DNA of 64,000 bases, from assembly GCA_963785305.1 (NCBI GenBank), contig CAWAUV010000009.1, positions 32,001 to 96,000 of the forward strand, in the 5' to 3' direction. Origin of the DNA: an uncultured Planctomycetaceae bacterium (lineage in GTDB: Bacteria > Planctomycetota > Planctomycetia > Pirellulales > PALSA-1355). This document shows, one piece after another, positions 10,831 through 20,931 of the stretch (position 1 is the stretch's first letter; every line of letters starts with the position of its first letter). Under the pieces are notes generated by a model. It worked only from the letters and a program-made list of their open reading frames with translations, was not told where the DNA came from and did not search any database. A program made the position numbers and the translations under genes.

Positions 10831-12376
10831 CTACATTCCGGCCGCTGGCGGCGTGGGGATTGGTTCTAGCTTGCGTTCGGCCGGCTTCGGTAGCGGGCAG
10901 CCGAGGATGCGTTCGAGTTCCGCGCGGCGGCGGTGGCAGTCGGCCAGCGCTTCCTCGTGTTTTTCCCGCAGCGAGATGAGTTGCTGCTGGGCTTGCGTCA
11001 GTTCCAGAAAGTTGACCCGGCCCACATTGTAGCCGGCCCGCGCGGCCTGAACATTGCTCATGGCCGCCGGCAGGAATCGCTCGCGGTAGAGCTCCACGGT
11101 TTGCCGGGCCTGCTCGAGTTGCTCGTAGGCGTTTTGCACTTCGTATTGAATATCGTTGAGCCGCTGCTGATACTCCGCGCGGCGCTGGCTGGCGCGAAAC
11201 AGAGCTTCGTTCACGGCCGCTTGGCGCTTCCGCCGGTTGAGCGGCACATTCATGTTCATGCCGGCTTGCTCGCGCAAGGGGCCTTGCGTCGCCGTGGGCT
11301 GCCAGAAGGAATCGTAGCGACCATAGACTTCCACATCGGGATAAAACTCCTTCGCCGCCAGCGCCGCCGACGCCTCTTCGACTCGGATGCGGGCCCCCAG
11401 CGCCGCCAGATCGGGCCGATAGTTGAGCGCCAGCGAACGCAATTCCTCGGCCGGCGGAAGCCGCTCGACCGGCGCGAGCATCGCCGGCGGCGGCGGCAGT
11501 GGAGCGTCGGGCGGGGCGAGCAGCAATGTGTTGATTCGCGCGATCGCCACCCGATCCATGCGCTCGAGTTCCGCAGCGCCGCCGCGCAACATCGCTGAGC
11601 GAAACTTCGGCTTGCAGCACATCTTGCTGGGGAGCGAGGTTCGATTCGAATCGCTGCCGGGCCGTGTCGCGGAACTGCTCCATTTGAACGCGATTCTCGC
11701 GATTCAGCTCCAGCAGCCGCCGGGCGAGATAGTAATCGTAGTAGGCCAGCCGCGCCGCTTCGGCCACTTCGAGCCGCGTGGACTGCACTTCCTGATAGGC
11801 CGCGCTTGCCTCGGCCTGGGCCACGCGCCCGCGCGCCGCCCGCTTGCCGAACCAAGGCAGCTTTTGCGAACCGCCCAGCACGTAAGCCGGCGTTACGGCG
11901 CCCGAATTGAGCGACGCCGGCGCGATCATCGACATCAACACCGGATCGTCGAGCGACACCACTTGCGGATATCGCTCCGAGGCCGCGCGCCAAGCCGCTG
12001 TCATCGCCTCGATCGATGGGTTCTGCCGCACGACCAGCGAAACCAGTTCGTCGGCGTCGAGCGGCGCCTCGGCCGCGAACGCCACCCGAGCGCTCGGCCC
12101 TTGGAACCTCACATCGCTTGGTTGCGATCCCGACCCAGCGGCGCCGACCGCATTGGGAATGGGCGTTGCGCCTTGGGGAAGACTTGATGGCTGCGCCAAG
12201 CCGGTCGCATTCGCAGGCGGCGCGGCCGTCGGCTCGGCCGACGGAGACGCCAGCGAATGCGTCGTTGAAGCGGCAAGCGGCGGCGAGCGCTGGGCGGCGG
12301 TCCGGCAGCCACTTGCCAACGACAATGCCGCAAGCAGCGCGAGCGAGGATCTTTGATGCGGAACAGGTCGAGGCAT
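10831..12376 (-). CDS. TolC/CzcC-like outer-membrane efflux lipoprotein (frameshift near 11578)
   Basis: Lipobox LASGC; SLDDPVLM...SQKLPWFGKR...QQDVLQAEV continues in ORF 10831-11622 (AKEFYPD, NVPLNRRKR, AGYNVGRVNFLEL). Confidence 0.85.
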
Positions 12377-12839
12377 GACGCATCCATGCGTCGGAGCGAT
12401 AGTCCCAAAAACAACGAAGCGGTGATGCGAACATTCCGCATTCGGACATATCGGCCATCGCTTGGCGCGCTGTTCGTGCGAGCCGGCGCCGCCAGCGCCA
12501 CGGTCACAGCCGCATCGCTTTGCGCCCGCCCCGCAATTTGCCCAGTCAATAAAGACGCGGGCCGATTTCAATCGAATCCCCCGATGGGGCGCACGCACCG
12601 AACCGGTCATCTCGCGGTGGGACGGCTTAAAAAATGAAAAAAGCCGTGGCAATGCTATTGGGAACCGCGACGCGAGTGGCTTATAGTCGCCTTTCGGGTG
12701 AGCAGTGCTTCCGGTAGCAGACGGCGCCGGCAGCGGACCCAATGCGAGACTGCTCGCCGTATCGCCAAGTTTTTTAAAATGGATTGGGGCTCGCTCGAAG
12801 CGTCGATTCGGCGGCCCAAGAACGCGGGAAAGGAATCGA

Positions 12840-13184
12840 ATGATGCGAATCGGCAAACGATTATTGACCCAGGGCTTGCTGGCGGCGGGTTTGCTCGCGG
12901 CTTCGAGCGGCGTGGCGTGGGCTTATCCGCCGGGGGGACCCGGTTTCTATCACCACTGGGGCGGCCATCCGTGGCTGACCTTCGGCGTGTTCGCGCCGCC
13001 GGTCGTGGTCGCCGCGCCGCCGGTCGTGATTGCCCCGCGTCCGGTATATGCGGCGCCTCCGCCGGTATATGCCGCCCCGGTAGCGCCGGCCTATCCGGCC
13101 TATGTCGCCCCGCCAGCGCCCGGCTATTTGCCGGGAGCCCCGGCATATGGCGCACCGCCGCCGAACCCGTATTACCCCTACTGA
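12840..13184 (+). CDS. Secreted Pro/Tyr-rich low-complexity protein
   Basis: Signal peptide ending VAWA, followed by PPVVV/PVYAAP repeats; AGGA upstream. Confidence 0.7.
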   Translation: MMRIGKRLLTQGLLAAGLLAASSGVAWAYPPGGPGFYHHWGGHPWLTFGVFAPPVVVAAPPVVIAPRPVYAAPPPVYAAPVAPAYPAYVAPPAPGYLPGAPAYGAPPPNPYYPY

Positions 13185-13230
13185 TTCACGCCGCGTTCGA
13201 GCTCCGCCGGCCTTCGGCCTCGAAACCCGC

Positions 13231-14648
13231 TTAACGCGTTGCCGTGTTGGGCGGGACCGAGGCTTGCAAGGCCGGCGCCGCATAGCGGCGGATGTCTTTT
13301 TGGAACTGCTGCCGCGTTTCTTCCGACGCGAACAGGTACACCCGATTGCCCAGAAACACGCCGTGGGCTCGCATGCCGGGCACGCTTTGATTCTGGTCGT
13401 GGGCCAACACCGGGTCGTCGCCCGAAAGCACCGGGCTATAAAGATCGGGATTGGCCATGAATCGCTTCTGCTCGTCGGGCCCGGCAAACAGATAGGTGCG
13501 ACCGCGATGCACGGCGCCCCAGCGATTGTCGCCGAGCCGCCACTGGTGACGTTCCGAGAGCGTGACCGAGCAATAGCCATCGAGCCCGACCGGCGGCGAG
13601 CCGGGCGGAAGCTGGATCTGTGCGGCCCGTTGCTTGGCTTCGAACTCGGCTTGGTTGGCGTTGCGACGTTCGACCAAGGCGGCGACGAGTCCATTTTCAC
13701 CGGGTTGCACGGCTCCGTTGAAGAGCCCGCTTTTCGGCGCTACCGCGGGCGGTTGTCCCGTGGCGGGATTTGCGGCGCCCGGCGCCGCGGCGACCTGCGG
13801 CTGGGCGCTTGGTTGCTGAAACGGCTGGGCGGGATATTGCCCGGCCGGTGGCGCTTGAGCCGGAGCTTGCGGCGGATATTGCACATTTTGCTGCAGCGGA
13901 TACTGCGAGCCCGGCGGGCCTTGATAGGGAGCGCTCCCCGGCGGCGATTGCGCCGGCTGCTGGGGCGGATAGCCGGCGCCCGGCTGCGCGGGATACGACG
14001 CGGTTTGCGGCGCGGTTTGCGGCGCGGTTTGCGTTGGGGCATAAGACTGGGCGCGGCGCCCGGCTGTGGCGTGTATCCGGCGGTCGGCGTGACAACGGCC
14101 ACGGCGGGCTCGACCGCGCCGATGGGCGAGGCGGCCGGCGCTTCGCCCAACTTGGCGGTGGCATATGCGTTTTGGGCCTCGGCGGCCGGCCGGCCATAGC
14201 CGGTGGCGAGCAACTGGCGATAGCCGGCGTTCACCTGATTCAACTGCGCCACATAGTCGTCGGCGTCTTGCGGACTCGGCAGCACGCTCAACACTTGCCC
14301 GTTCGCGGTGAGCACCACATCGGTCGGAATCGTTTTCACGCCGTAGTGTTTGACGAGCCCAGGCGCCGAGTCGGCGTTGATCTTCACCGGCACAAACTCG
14401 CTTTCGAGGGCTTCGGCGAACCGAGGCTGCGAAAAGACTTCTTTCTCGACCCGCATGCATGGCTTGCAGGTCGGCGACCAGAAATGAGCGAGCACCAGCC
14501 GATTCGACTTCGCGGCGGCGGCTTGACCGGCTTCGATCGACGATTGCCAGTGGACCTGGTCTTGGGCCAGGAGTTGGCCCCCGGCGGATGACAGCGCGGC
14601 CCAGCAAACAATGCGCGCAAGCGACAAACGAAACAAATACCGAGTCAC
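13231..14648 (-). CDS. Secreted thioredoxin-family protein with Q/P-rich linker and C-terminal YHS-like domain (frameshift near 14045)
   Basis: HFWSPTCKPC and FVPVKINAD (ORF 13740-14783) join GLDGYCSVTL...HRGRTYLFAG...F.ANPDLYSP (ORF 13231-14790). Confidence 0.82.
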
Positions 14649-14900
14649 GATGCCCCCCTTTTTCTTTGCAATCTCGGCTGCCGTCCAAGGTGAGGCTTGG
14701 GCGGATTCTTCTGGTCTTATCGGTAAGCTCGGGTCTGAAAGTGATGAATTTGTGGGTCGCGACGCCATTCGAGTCAAGATCAATGCGCACGCGGTGATGA
14801 ACGGCGGGAATTGTTGAAGCTCGGCGTGGCGGAGGTGCGATGAGCGGAAGTGGCGGACCTTAACGCCTGGAAATTTATTTCCGTAGCCTGAAGATGTGTC

Positions 14901-14928
14901 TTGACTTCGGGCCGCCCGTGGCTAAGAT
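14901..14928 (+). promoter_or_regulatory. Putative sigma70 promoter facing rho
   Basis: TTGACT (14901-14906), 16-bp spacer, TAAGAT (14923-14928). Confidence 0.55.
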
Positions 14929-15261
14929 GTCGATAGTTCTACCGAGCCGGTAGACGCTTGCCCGAGAGGATCGTAGATCGCCCGATAAGATTTTTCGGGC
15001 GCCTTCTGGGAGCGAAGGATCGAGGAGTCTGACGACGGTTATACGTCGCACTCGACTTTCTGACCTGATTCTTGGATTCCGGTGGCAAGCATTCGTTGGC
15101 CTGCGGATTTTGCGATGGCAAGATTGCAAGCAGCAGCGACGCCGGCTGATGTGCATGCGAGAGTCTGTCGCCTGCTAGCGCCGCGGTTTTCCAAGGCATG
15201 CTGGCGAGATTCTATCGTCTTCTGGCGAAGCTCTGCCGAGAGCGAGTCAGTTCGCGCCGCA

Positions 15262-15305
15262 TAGCAAGGCAGTATTCCACCTAGCAAGGCAGTATTCCAC
15301 CTAGC
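15262..15305. repeat. Perfect 20-bp tandem repeat TAGCAAGGCAGTATTCCACC x2 plus partial third
   Basis: Copies at 15262-15281 and 15282-15301, then TAGC. Confidence 0.95.
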
Positions 15306-15785
15306 GAGATAATGTGCCGCGTGGTGAGATACTTTGCGAGGCGGACGGTGTTCGCGAAGGCGAGGACGATCTTCAAGCGAGGCTCGCTTGATGTTCGCGG
15401 CCTTCGCTATGTGCGAGAATCTCGTTTTGCGCCTGGCGCTCGCGATGCATTTGGGGATCGAATAACGCCCCCGGAAGAAGCGGCTGGGTTGTTCAACCGC
15501 TGGTTTAGAACGTAATCGCCGGCCCACCCGCTGGTTTTTTTACGCCTCTATCCCTTGATGGTTCGGCCACCTCTGCTCAAGATTCGCTCGCGGTCGAGGC
15601 CGAATCGAATATGTCCCGAGAACGGGGACCGGTGTTCGCTTGCCGATGAAGGTCCGCTATCGTGCCGGATGCTCTATTTTTCGATATTCCTCCGCGATCG
15701 GCCGCGCCGTTCGCCTCGAGCCGTGCCGCGGTTCCTCGCTCGTTTCGTCGTTTTGTGTGATTCCGTTTCCAGTTCCAGGTGAGTA

Positions 15786-17117
15786 ATGGGTAAGCGAAAG
15801 AAGACTCGGCCGCGCGGTCGCGGTGGTCCGGGCATGGGGCCGGGGCCTGGTGGGCATCGGCATCATCATCACAACAACAACAATAACCAAGGCAATGGCC
15901 GGCCTCGCCCTCAGCGCGATGGCCAGCGGCGATACAAAGATCCAAACATGGATCGCGGTCCCGAAGGCGACATGGCCGACAACGGCGAGCCAGGACCGGT
16001 CGAGCCGGGCATGGGCGTGCTTGAAATGCACCCCAACGGCTACGGGTTTCTTCGCAATCCCAAGACCAACTTCTTGCGTGAACGCACCGACCCATTCGTC
16101 CCCGGCACGATGATCGACCGCTATCGCCTGCGCGAAGGCGTGCTGATTCACGGCATGGTGCAGCACAGCAAGAAGCAGCAAGGCCCGCGGCTCAAGGAAA
16201 TCCTCGATGTCGACGGCATGAAGCCCGAAGACTATATCAACGTCAAAAGCTTCGATGATCTCACGCCGATCAATCCCGAGAGTTGGCTCCAGCTTGAAAC
16301 CGACGGTTCCCAACTCACGACCCGCGTGATGGACCTGCTCACGCCGCTCGGCAAGGGGCAACGGGCCTTGATCGTGGCTCCGCCGCGCACCGGCAAGACC
16401 TTCTTGCTGCAGCATATCAGTCATGCGATCTCGGAAAACTATCCCGAGCTCACGCTGATCGTGCTCTTGATCGACGAGCGGCCCGAGGAAGTAACCGACA
16501 TGCGCCGCACCGTGCGCGGCGATGTGATCGCCAGCAGCTTGGACCGCGATGTCGAGAGCCATGTGCGGCTTTCGCAGCTCGTGGTCGAGCGCTGCAAGCG
16601 GTTCGCGGAAATGGGCAAGGATGTGTTCCTGCTCATGGATTCGATCACCCGCATGGCCCGCGCCTTCAATAAATGGGTCGGCAATACCGGCCGCACCATG
16701 TCGGGCGGCGTCGATATCAAGGCGCTCGACATTCCCAAGAAGCTCTTCGCCACGGCCCGCGTGTTCGAGGAAGGCGGCTCGCTCACGATCGTGGCCACGG
16801 CCTTGGTCGACACCGGCAGCCGCATGGACGAACTGATTTTCCAGGAGTTCAAGGGCACCGGCAACATGGAACTGGTGCTCGACCGAAAGCTGGCCGACCG
16901 CCGGGTGTGGCCGGCGATCGATATCAGCCAATCGGGCACGCGCCGCGAGGAAAAGCTGCTCAGCCCCGACACGCTGCACGCCACCACCATGCTCCGCCGC
17001 ACGCTGTCTTCGATGCACCATGTCGACGCCATGGAACAACTGACCAAGCAATTGGCCAAGTTCAAGCGGAATAGCGATTTCATCAAGTTGATCAGCGGCT
17101 CGCACGCCAACGACTGA
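15786..17117 (+). CDS. rho: Transcription termination factor Rho
   Basis: GYGFLR, GKGQRALIVAPPRTGKT, LIDERPEEVTD, DSITRMARAFN, FQEFKGTGNMEL, SGTRREE. Confidence 0.97.
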   Translation: MGKRKKTRPRGRGGPGMGPGPGGHRHHHHNNNNNQGNGRPRPQRDGQRRYKDPNMDRGPEGDMADNGEPGPVEPGMGVLEMHPNGYGFLRNPKTNFLRERTDPFVPGTMIDRYRLREGVLIHGMVQHSKKQQGPRLKEILDVDGMKPEDYINVKSFDDLTPINPESWLQLETDGSQLTTRVMDLLTPLGKGQRALIVAPPRTGKTFLLQHISHAISENYPELTLIVLLIDERPEEVTDMRRTVRGDVIASSLDRDVESHVRLSQLVVERCKRFAEMGKDVFLLMDSITRMARAFNKWVGNTGRTMSGGVDIKALDIPKKLFATARVFEEGGSLTIVATALVDTGSRMDELIFQEFKGTGNMELVLDRKLADRRVWPAIDISQSGTRREEKLLSPDTLHATTMLRRTLSSMHHVDAMEQLTKQLAKFKRNSDFIKLISGSHAND

Positions 17118-17171
17118 CGCCGCCCGCGAGATTTCATCCCCTAGTTTTTGCGCACCGCGCAGGACGTCGCC

Positions 17172-17474
17172 ATGCCGAGCATGAACGTGACCGTGCCGCA
17201 TCCGTTTACCCAAGACGAAGCCACCGAGCGGCTGAAGAAACTGCTCGAGTTCGCCAAGGCGCGCAACGAAGGCAAAGTGACCGATCTGGTCGAGGAATGG
17301 ACCGATCATCGGCTCACATTCAGCTTCTCGACGTTCGGGTTCAAGGTCAGCGGCTCGGTCGATGTCGAGCCGCACGATGTCCAGGTGCAAGGCACGATCC
17401 CATTCGCGGCGGTGATGTTCAAGGGCAAGATCGAGCAAGCGGTCAAGGACGAGCTGCGGCGAGTGCTCGCCTGA
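17172..17474 (+). CDS. Polyhydroxyalkanoic acid system (PHA_gran_rgn-like) family protein
   Basis: About 100 aa: VPHPFTQDEATERLK...EEW...FKVSG...PFAAVMFKGKIEQAV. Confidence 0.75.
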   Translation: MPSMNVTVPHPFTQDEATERLKKLLEFAKARNEGKVTDLVEEWTDHRLTFSFSTFGFKVSGSVDVEPHDVQVQGTIPFAAVMFKGKIEQAVKDELRRVLA

Positions 17475-18543
17475 GCGGCCGAGCTTGCGCGAGCCACGCT
17501 TGCCGGAGACCGTGACCGCCGCGCCTGCGCGCCAGGGGGTAACGGCCCCGCGCGATGATCGCCGCGCGAGATTCGCTCGTCGGCTTCGGAAGGGGCCCGG
17601 CGCCAAAGCGATCTCCGCGCGCGGCCAAGCCATCGCGATCGCGCTCGGTCTCGAAGAATTCGGCCCAGACCGGCATTTCGTCGGAAATGGCCAACGCTTG
17701 TTCGACCGTGAGGTTGAACTGCCGCACGACATCCATCACCCCAGCTCGCCCGGTGAACTCGCTGGCCGTGGCGCTGTAGAGCACATTCGCATTTTGGCGA
17801 TCGCCGGGAATATTGGTCGGAATTCCGCGGATCGCCGCCGCGAGCCGATCCGATTCCGCGAGCGGTTGGAGTTGCTTGTCGCTCGCCGCGAAATTGCCGG
17901 CCACGATCACATCGTCTTCGCCGCGCCCATCGTCGCGCACCGCGCGATAGGCGGCGCCGATCGCGTCGAATTCCGAGAGCTGACAATCAACCGCCATCAC
18001 GGTAAAGGTAAACGCTTCGTCGGCGGGAACGCCGCGCGCGCGAAACCAGCCGATCAGCGGCGGATAGTCGAGCAAGTGATCGGGATCGCTCACCACATAG
18101 CTGGCGGCGCGATCGACCTCGACCCGATCGGCGTCGAACACGATCGCCATGCGTCGCGATTCACGGCCCACGGCGGGACCAACGATCGAATCGAAACGCC
18201 GATCGCCCTCGTTGGCGGAATCGACCAAGCTGGCCACCGCCTCGACGCCGCGCGGATCAATATCGGTAATGACTAGCACATCGAAATTTCGCGTCGCCTG
18301 GGCAAGCACCGCGCGCGCGGCGTGGCGTTCGAGCGTGGCCAGCGAAAAGGCTCGGATTTTGTAAGCCGCGATGCGAAGCGGATGCTTGGATTCGCCGCCG
18401 GGGCCATTGTCGGCAGCCGAGGAATTCGATTTTCGTCCGAGAAATTTAAGGGCCTTGAGATCGTCGAGGCTGTAATGGTCGAACAGCCAGCCGCCGCCGC
18501 CAATGGCGAGCGCGACGAAACCGAGCAGCCAGAATTTTCGCAT
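17443..18543 (-). CDS. Endonuclease/exonuclease/phosphatase (DNase I-like) fold protein, membrane-anchored, catalytic motifs degenerate
   Basis: N-terminal TM; LRIAAYKI, FDVLVITDI, DPDHLLDYPPLIGWFR, EDDVIVAGNF, EFTGRAGV, ISDEMPVWAEF. The C-terminus may be extended by an indel. Confidence 0.78.
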   Translation of the reverse strand: MRKFWLLGFVALAIGGGGWLFDHYSLDDLKALKFLGRKSNSSAADNGPGGESKHPLRIAAYKIRAFSLATLERHAARAVLAQATRNFDVLVITDIDPRGVEAVASLVDSANEGDRRFDSIVGPAVGRESRRMAIVFDADRVEVDRAASYVVSDPDHLLDYPPLIGWFRARGVPADEAFTFTVMAVDCQLSEFDAIGAAYRAVRDDGRGEDDVIVAGNFAASDKQLQPLAESDRLAAAIRGIPTNIPGDRQNANVLYSATASEFTGRAGVMDVVRQFNLTVEQALAISDEMPVWAEFFETERDRDGLAARGDRFGAGPLPKPTSESRAAIIARGRYPLARRRGGHGLRQAWLAQARPLRRALAAARP

Positions 18544-18945
18544 GGCGCTTGTGGCCTTTTTTCCCGGTTTGAAATCATTGGGCCCGGCGAACCTCGCCCC
18601 ACCCCGCCCGGTCTAATAGCGCGGCCGCTCCCGGCGGGAAAAACGATATCGCGAACGCGCATTTGGCTCCAGGGCACTTTCGCCCGACCTTTTGGCGATC
18701 GGGCCCCCGGGGCCGCGAATTCCGCTTTTCCGGCTAGCCGGCCGCCGAAGTTCGCAAAAATGCGTCGGGCCCTCCAATGCGGTTCGATTGTCCCCGACGG
18801 CTGGTTTTACGAACAAGGGAAGTTAGAATAAAGTCGTCGCTGGCGCCCGCGGCCATTTCCGATGCTGGCATGCTCGCGGGCGGAAGCGGCGTGTGTCGCG
18901 AAGAGCGCGTTTTGCGTCACCAGAGCTCAATCCGAGAGGTATCAT

Positions 18946-19380
18946 TTGGCCACGGCAATTCAGGTCATGGAGTCCAAGGGAGGCCGCGGTTTGGATCGCG
19001 CTTTGGCTGCCGCCGGGGTGGCCGATCGCAACCGAGGTCGCGAGATCGTGGTGCTCGATCTGCGGCGGCTGACTACTGTATTCGACTACTTCGTGGTGAT
19101 CACCGGCAGTAGCCGCCGCCAGTTGCACGCGATCAGCGAGGAAATCGACGACGCGTTCGCCAAGCAATTCGGCGACGAGCGATTGGGCATCGAAGGCTAC
19201 GCCGAGAGTCGCTGGATTCTGCTCGACTACGGCGACGTGGTCGTGCATCTGTTCGACGACGCGACGCGCGGCTACTACGACCTGGAAAACCTCTGGTCGG
19301 GCGCCCAGCGAATCTCGCTCGACGGTATTGTGTCGCAAGGCGACGCCCCGCCGACGATCGCCGCGAACCTGCCCCGCTAG
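18946..19380 (+). CDS. rsfS: Ribosome silencing factor (Iojap)
   Basis: IVVLDLRRLTTVFDYFVVITGSSRRQLHAI, WILLDYGDVVVHLF, YYDLENLW. TTG start after GAGAGG. Confidence 0.95.
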   Translation: MATAIQVMESKGGRGLDRALAAAGVADRNRGREIVVLDLRRLTTVFDYFVVITGSSRRQLHAISEEIDDAFAKQFGDERLGIEGYAESRWILLDYGDVVVHLFDDATRGYYDLENLWSGAQRISLDGIVSQGDAPPTIAANLPR

Positions 19381-19431
19381 CGCCCGCGCCAGCGGGGATT
19401 TGGTCGCAACCGCAAGGGGCTGCCCCACGAA

Positions 19432-20301
19432 ATGGATTCTTCCCCCGAACCAATGCGGCTATCGATCGCCGAGTGCGCCGCCCTCGCGCTGCTTTGGGAG
19501 GCCACCGCGGCCAAGCCGGGCAACGTGCATCGTGGCGTCGACTTCGACGATCTCGCCTATCCCGATTTTCTGACCGTGGCGGCGCTCACCGGGCCGGTCT
19601 ACGAAGCCGCCACCACGCGTCCGATCGGTCACACCGTGCTCCAAGCCGTGACCCTCGCCCGAAGAGCGACCAACACGAACATCAACCTGGGCGCGGCGCT
19701 CTTGCTCGCCCCGCTAGCCGCCATCGAGCGAAACCTTCCCCTGGCCCATGGCATGCGCGGGGTGCTCGCAAGTCTCACCGCCGATGACGCTCGCGATATC
19801 TACGCCGCGATTCGCCTCGCCGAGCCGGGGGGGCTCGGTCAGGTTGCCCAGCACGATGTATCCGGCCCGGCGCCGGCCGATTTGCTCGTGGCCATGCGCG
19901 CCGCGGCCGAGCGCGATTTGGTGGCGGCCCAATATGTCACGAATTTCGCCATTGTGCTCGACGAGGTGGCGCCGTGCCTCGCGGCCTCGCTCGCCGCGGG
20001 CATGGGGCTGGGCGACGCGATTGTCCACGGGCAACTCGAAACCATGAGCCGGCATCCCGATAGTTTGATCGCTCGCAAATGTGGAATCGAAACCGCCCGG
20101 CAAGCCTCGGCTCGCGCCGCGAAAGCGCTTGCCGCGGGCCCGCCCGGCGGCGAGGCTTATTTCGAGGCCCTGGCCGATCTCGACTTTTGGCTCCGGCTCT
20201 CCGGCCATAAGCGCAATCCCGGCACGACGGCCGATCTCGTGGCCGCCGGTTTGTTTGTCCTACTCCGCGACGGCGAAATCCGTCCGCCCTATCGCTGGTA
20301 A
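19432..20301 (+). CDS. CitG-like triphosphoribosyl-dephospho-CoA synthase family protein
   Basis: EATAAKPGNVHR, NTNINLG, PDSLIARKCG, RNPGTTADLVAA. Confidence 0.88.
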   Translation: MDSSPEPMRLSIAECAALALLWEATAAKPGNVHRGVDFDDLAYPDFLTVAALTGPVYEAATTRPIGHTVLQAVTLARRATNTNINLGAALLLAPLAAIERNLPLAHGMRGVLASLTADDARDIYAAIRLAEPGGLGQVAQHDVSGPAPADLLVAMRAAAERDLVAAQYVTNFAIVLDEVAPCLAASLAAGMGLGDAIVHGQLETMSRHPDSLIARKCGIETARQASARAAKALAAGPPGGEAYFEALADLDFWLRLSGHKRNPGTTADLVAAGLFVLLRDGEIRPPYRW

Positions 20302-20349
20302 TTCACCGGCTTGCAACCCCTCGCTGGAAACTTGAAAGCACTCCCCCAT

Positions 20350-20850
20350 ATGTCCGAGCTTTTTCATGTGCGGATCACGAAGGACACGCTCGTGTTCAGC
20401 TCCGCGCATTTCATTACCTACAATGGCGACGCCTGCGAGACCTTGCATGGCCACAACTTCGGCGTGGCGGCGGAAGTTGCGGGCCCGCTCGACGAGAACT
20501 ATTATGTCGTTGACTTCGTGGCGCTCACCCGGCGGTTGATGGAGCTTGTCGCCGATCTTGACCATCGCGTGCTCTTGCCGACCGAGCATCCGAGGATTCG
20601 GGTCACGGCGAGCAACTCCGAGGTCGAGGCCCGCTTTGGCCGGCGGCGATGGGTGTTTCCGCGCGGCGACTGCGTGCTGCTGCCGATCGCCAATACCACG
20701 GCCGAGCTGCTGGCCCGATATTTGGCGAAGGAGCTCGCCGAAAGCGCGCGGTCGCTCACCGCGAGTCGATTGTCGAGCGTGCGCGTGGAAGTGGATGAGT
20801 GCAATGGGCAATTGGCCGTTTGCGTGCTCGCGCTTCCGAGCGAAGATTGA
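20350..20850 (+). CDS. 6-pyruvoyl-tetrahydropterin synthase (QueD/PTPS) family protein
   Basis: FSSAHF, CETLHGHNF, LDHRVLLP, NTTAELLA. Confidence 0.9.
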   Translation: MSELFHVRITKDTLVFSSAHFITYNGDACETLHGHNFGVAAEVAGPLDENYYVVDFVALTRRLMELVADLDHRVLLPTEHPRIRVTASNSEVEARFGRRRWVFPRGDCVLLPIANTTAELLARYLAKELAESARSLTASRLSSVRVEVDECNGQLAVCVLALPSED

Positions 20851-20931
20851 AATGTCGACGCCGAGTTGCTCCTTCCCGCCTTCGATGAAACACTTTTCCC
20901 CGCCACACACTTCCGCCCCAGGAGTCTTGCC

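Noticed and set aside
15262..15305. 20-bp repeat as a CRISPR array
   Set aside because: The copies are directly adjacent with no spacers, and no cas genes are present.
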